Shown here piece after piece: positions 62,121 to 64,000 of a stretch of DNA of 64,000 bases. A program made the position numbers and the translations under genes. Position 1 is the first letter of the stretch, and every line of letters begins with the position of its first letter. Location: contig CBDBKE010000004.1 of assembly GCA_965206645.1 (NCBI GenBank), positions 1,664,001 to 1,728,000 on the forward strand, in the 5' to 3' direction. This stretch comes from Terriglobia bacterium. GTDB lineage: Bacteria > Acidobacteriota > Terriglobia > JAJPHL01 > JAPKYU01. The notes under the pieces are model-generated. The model was not told where the DNA came from and ran no database searches. It saw nothing but the letters and a program-made list of their open reading frames with translations.

Positions 62121-62197
62121 TCCAAGGTCCAAGGCTTCGGCCGAAGAACGCGGAGTGGGGCGTTGGACGTTGGACCTTAGACTTTGGATCTTGGACT
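62120..62197. repeat. Inverted heptamer tandem repeats (GTCCAAG / TTGGAC)
   Basis: GTCCAAG GTCCAAG ... CGTTGGA CGTTGGA CCTTAGA CTTTGGA TCTTGGA. Confidence 0.65.
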
Positions 62198-62721
62198 CAG
62201 TGGTTTTTCTAATCGGCTTCATGGGAAGTGGCAAGAGCGTGGTGGGCCAGGCGCTGGCCCGGCGCCTGGATTGCTCCTTTCTGGATCTGGATGATCGCAT
62301 TGAAGCGACTACCGGTTGCTCCATTCCCGAAATCTTTGACCGGCAGGGGGAAGCCGCCTTTCGCGAGTTGGAACACCAACAACTACAGGGGCTACTCTCG
62401 GAGGTTGGAGAAGCGTCGGCAGTGGTGGCCCTTGGCGGGGGGGCGTTTGCCCAGCCGCGAAACGTGGAACTGGTGGAACAGTCGGGCGGGTGCACCGTCT
62501 GGCTGGACGGGCCGCCGGAACTCTTGCTGGAGCGTTGCCAACGCCACAAGACCGATCGCCCTCTGGCCCGCGATCCGGAGCGCTTCCGGGCGCTCTATCG
62601 CGAGCGCATTCCATTCTATGCACGGGCCCGCCTGCGCGTGGAGGCTACCGGCGCCGCGGAAAGTGTGGTAGAAGAAATTCTGGAGGGCCTGGCAACATTG
62701 CCGGCCCGGAGACGAGCATGA
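62191..62721 (+). CDS. aroK: Shikimate kinase
   Basis: IGFMGSGKS P-loop, DLDD, GEAAFRELE, LGGG, RPL. Start uncertain. Confidence 0.93.
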   Translation: MDSVVFLIGFMGSGKSVVGQALARRLDCSFLDLDDRIEATTGCSIPEIFDRQGEAAFRELEHQQLQGLLSEVGEASAVVALGGGAFAQPRNVELVEQSGGCTVWLDGPPELLLERCQRHKTDRPLARDPERFRALYRERIPFYARARLRVEATGAAESVVEEILEGLATLPARRRA

Positions 62722-62768
62722 GGTTCACTTTCCAGGGGCGTGGCTGCAATGCAGGTTATGGACTTTTT

Positions 62769-63428
62769 ATGCCTCGACAGTTCCTCTTGATCCTGCTGCT
62801 GTGCCTGGTGGGGCCGCTGTTCGGGAAGCAAGCCCTGAGCGACCGCGGGGTGTTCCGCATCTATTCTGACGGGAAGGAGATCGGCGTCGAGCGCTTCGAG
62901 ATCGCCACCACGGCCAAAGGCGTAAGGGCAACCGCCGAGCTGCAGATTCGCTTGGAAGGAGTCGGGCGCATGAAGGAGACCGCGACTCTGGTGCTGCGCA
63001 ACGGCATCGAGCCGATCAGCTACAAGCGTGTCCAGAAATCGCCCAAGCGCGGCTCCGCCATCCTCGCCTTCGGTCCGGAGAAGACCACCGCCCAATACAG
63101 GACGACCGAAGGCGGCTCGCAGCGCATGGAGTATTTCCTGCCTAAGAACGTGGTGATCCTGGACACGAATTTCTTCCACCACTATACCTTCCTAGTCCAC
63201 CAGTACGATTTCCTCAAGGGCGGCACCCAGCATATGGACGTGCTGGTGCCGCAGGAAACGGCCCCGGGCATGGTCAGAGTCGAGCACGAGGGAAATGATC
63301 AGTCGCTCCGCAAGCTTGTGGTGAAAACCGGCCAGGTCGAAATCCAGATCTGGGCGGACGCGAACGGGCGTTTGATGAAGCTGGTGGTGCCTGCGGCCAA
63401 GGTCGAAGTCCTCCGCGAGCAGAAGTAG
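62769..63428 (+). CDS. Exported hypothetical beta-rich protein
   Basis: Signal peptide MPRQFLLILLL. GKEIGVERF, IWADANGRLMK. Confidence 0.65.
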   Translation: MPRQFLLILLLCLVGPLFGKQALSDRGVFRIYSDGKEIGVERFEIATTAKGVRATAELQIRLEGVGRMKETATLVLRNGIEPISYKRVQKSPKRGSAILAFGPEKTTAQYRTTEGGSQRMEYFLPKNVVILDTNFFHHYTFLVHQYDFLKGGTQHMDVLVPQETAPGMVRVEHEGNDQSLRKLVVKTGQVEIQIWADANGRLMKLVVPAAKVEVLREQK

Positions 63429-63582
63429 AACCAACCGATCCACTTCCCTGTCATCCCGAGCGCAGCGCCTGAGTGGAGGGATGGACTGCTGTTTCGGCGG
63501 GCACTGAATCCCATGCAGCGCCCGGCCTTGGGCCGGGCACATGGGCCTTTGCATAAGTAGGGTACTTAGGGCGTCATTGCCG

Positions 63583-63750
63583 TCTTGGCACGGCTTCAGC
63601 CGTGCCAAGAGAGCAAGCTCCATTAGGGCGGCTTTAGCCGCTGGAGGGGCCGCCAAAGTAGCTTTCCACGGGCCCATCGGCTCCCCGAGCCACCTCAGGG
63701 GCTAAAGCCCCTTAAACTGGGCCACTGGTCGGCACGGCTGAAGCCGTGCC
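63583..63750. repeat. REP/BIME-like composite palindromic element between convergent genes
   Basis: TCTTGGCACGGC-TTCA-GCCGTGCCAAGA plus GCGGC-TTTA-GCCGC, followed by the inverted module GGGGC-TAAA-GCCCC plus GGCACGGC-TGAA-GCCGTGCC. Confidence 0.8.
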
Positions 63751-63789
63751 CTGACGGTGGGAGCATGTACCCAACTTATGCAAGACTCA

Positions 63790-64000
63790 CTAGCAGGCCT
63801 CGCCCGTAAGGGCTAACAGTCTGCGGTGCACTTCCTCGATGGTTTCGTCGAGCGGCGAGGTCCCGGCCGTCAGTCCGACCGTGTGGTGGTCCTGGAACCA
63901 GGCCGGGCGCAGCTCGGCCGCACTCTGGACCTGTAGGGTTCGGACGCCTCGGGCGCGCGCCGCTTCGGCTAACTCCCGAGTATTGCACGAATTCTTCCCG
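63790..64000 (-). CDS. ispH: 4-hydroxy-3-methylbut-2-enyl diphosphate reductase, 3' end
   Basis: Manual translation GKNSCNTRELAE...AAELRPAWFQDHHTVGLTAGTS..ETIEEV*, the LytB C-terminal motifs. Confidence 0.85.
   Translation of the reverse strand, partial: GKNSCNTRELAEAARARGVRTLQVQSAAELRPAWFQDHHTVGLTAGTSPLDETIEEVHRRLLALTGEAC

Noticed and set aside
63776-63988. 70-aa ORF from the supplied track
   Set aside because: Wrong frame. Another minus-strand frame encodes the IspH C-terminus.

Overview
GC-rich bacterial chromosome segment, most likely Acidobacteriota. This is inferred from the protein families, the ACIII-caa3 cluster, the secDF-tonB-exbBDD-TPR order and the REP types, not from a marker gene. 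Bases 1-~10.6 kb are the decayed right end of a genomic island. It holds an IS3 remnant, a ~135-bp MITE, an IS3 copy splitting an RND adaptor gene (4-bp TSD), TolC, a Tat aldo/keto reductase, an IS30 copy splitting a gluconolactonase (2-bp TSD), a bifunctional IPCT/DIPPS-like gene, two kinase C-terminal relics and a Tat sulfite-oxidase-family enzyme. It ends at a duplicated 3' half of tRNA-Pro(GGG), a probable att site. The rest is mostly core genome: alternative complex III plus an A2-type caa3 oxidase; folP-cdaA-cdaR-glmM; rpmB; a Moco-class riboswitch lacking P3 ahead of moaA; thiC; a GGDEF gene; relA/spoT; tgt-yajC-secD-secF-tonB-exbB-exbD-exbD-TPR; a nodF/nodE-like ACP-KAS pair near a NodU-like carbamoyltransferase; ilvE; a YfhO-like gene; a UbiD-family decarboxylase; aroK; and partial ispH. 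The most unusual signals are a ComEA-like helix-hairpin-helix insert in SecF, a ~19-copy 13-bp tandem array inside the tonB-exbB operon, the P3-less (Wco-like) riboswitch, tandem relics of two kinase C-termini and a possible orphan integron cassette. All family calls are by eye; no searches were run.
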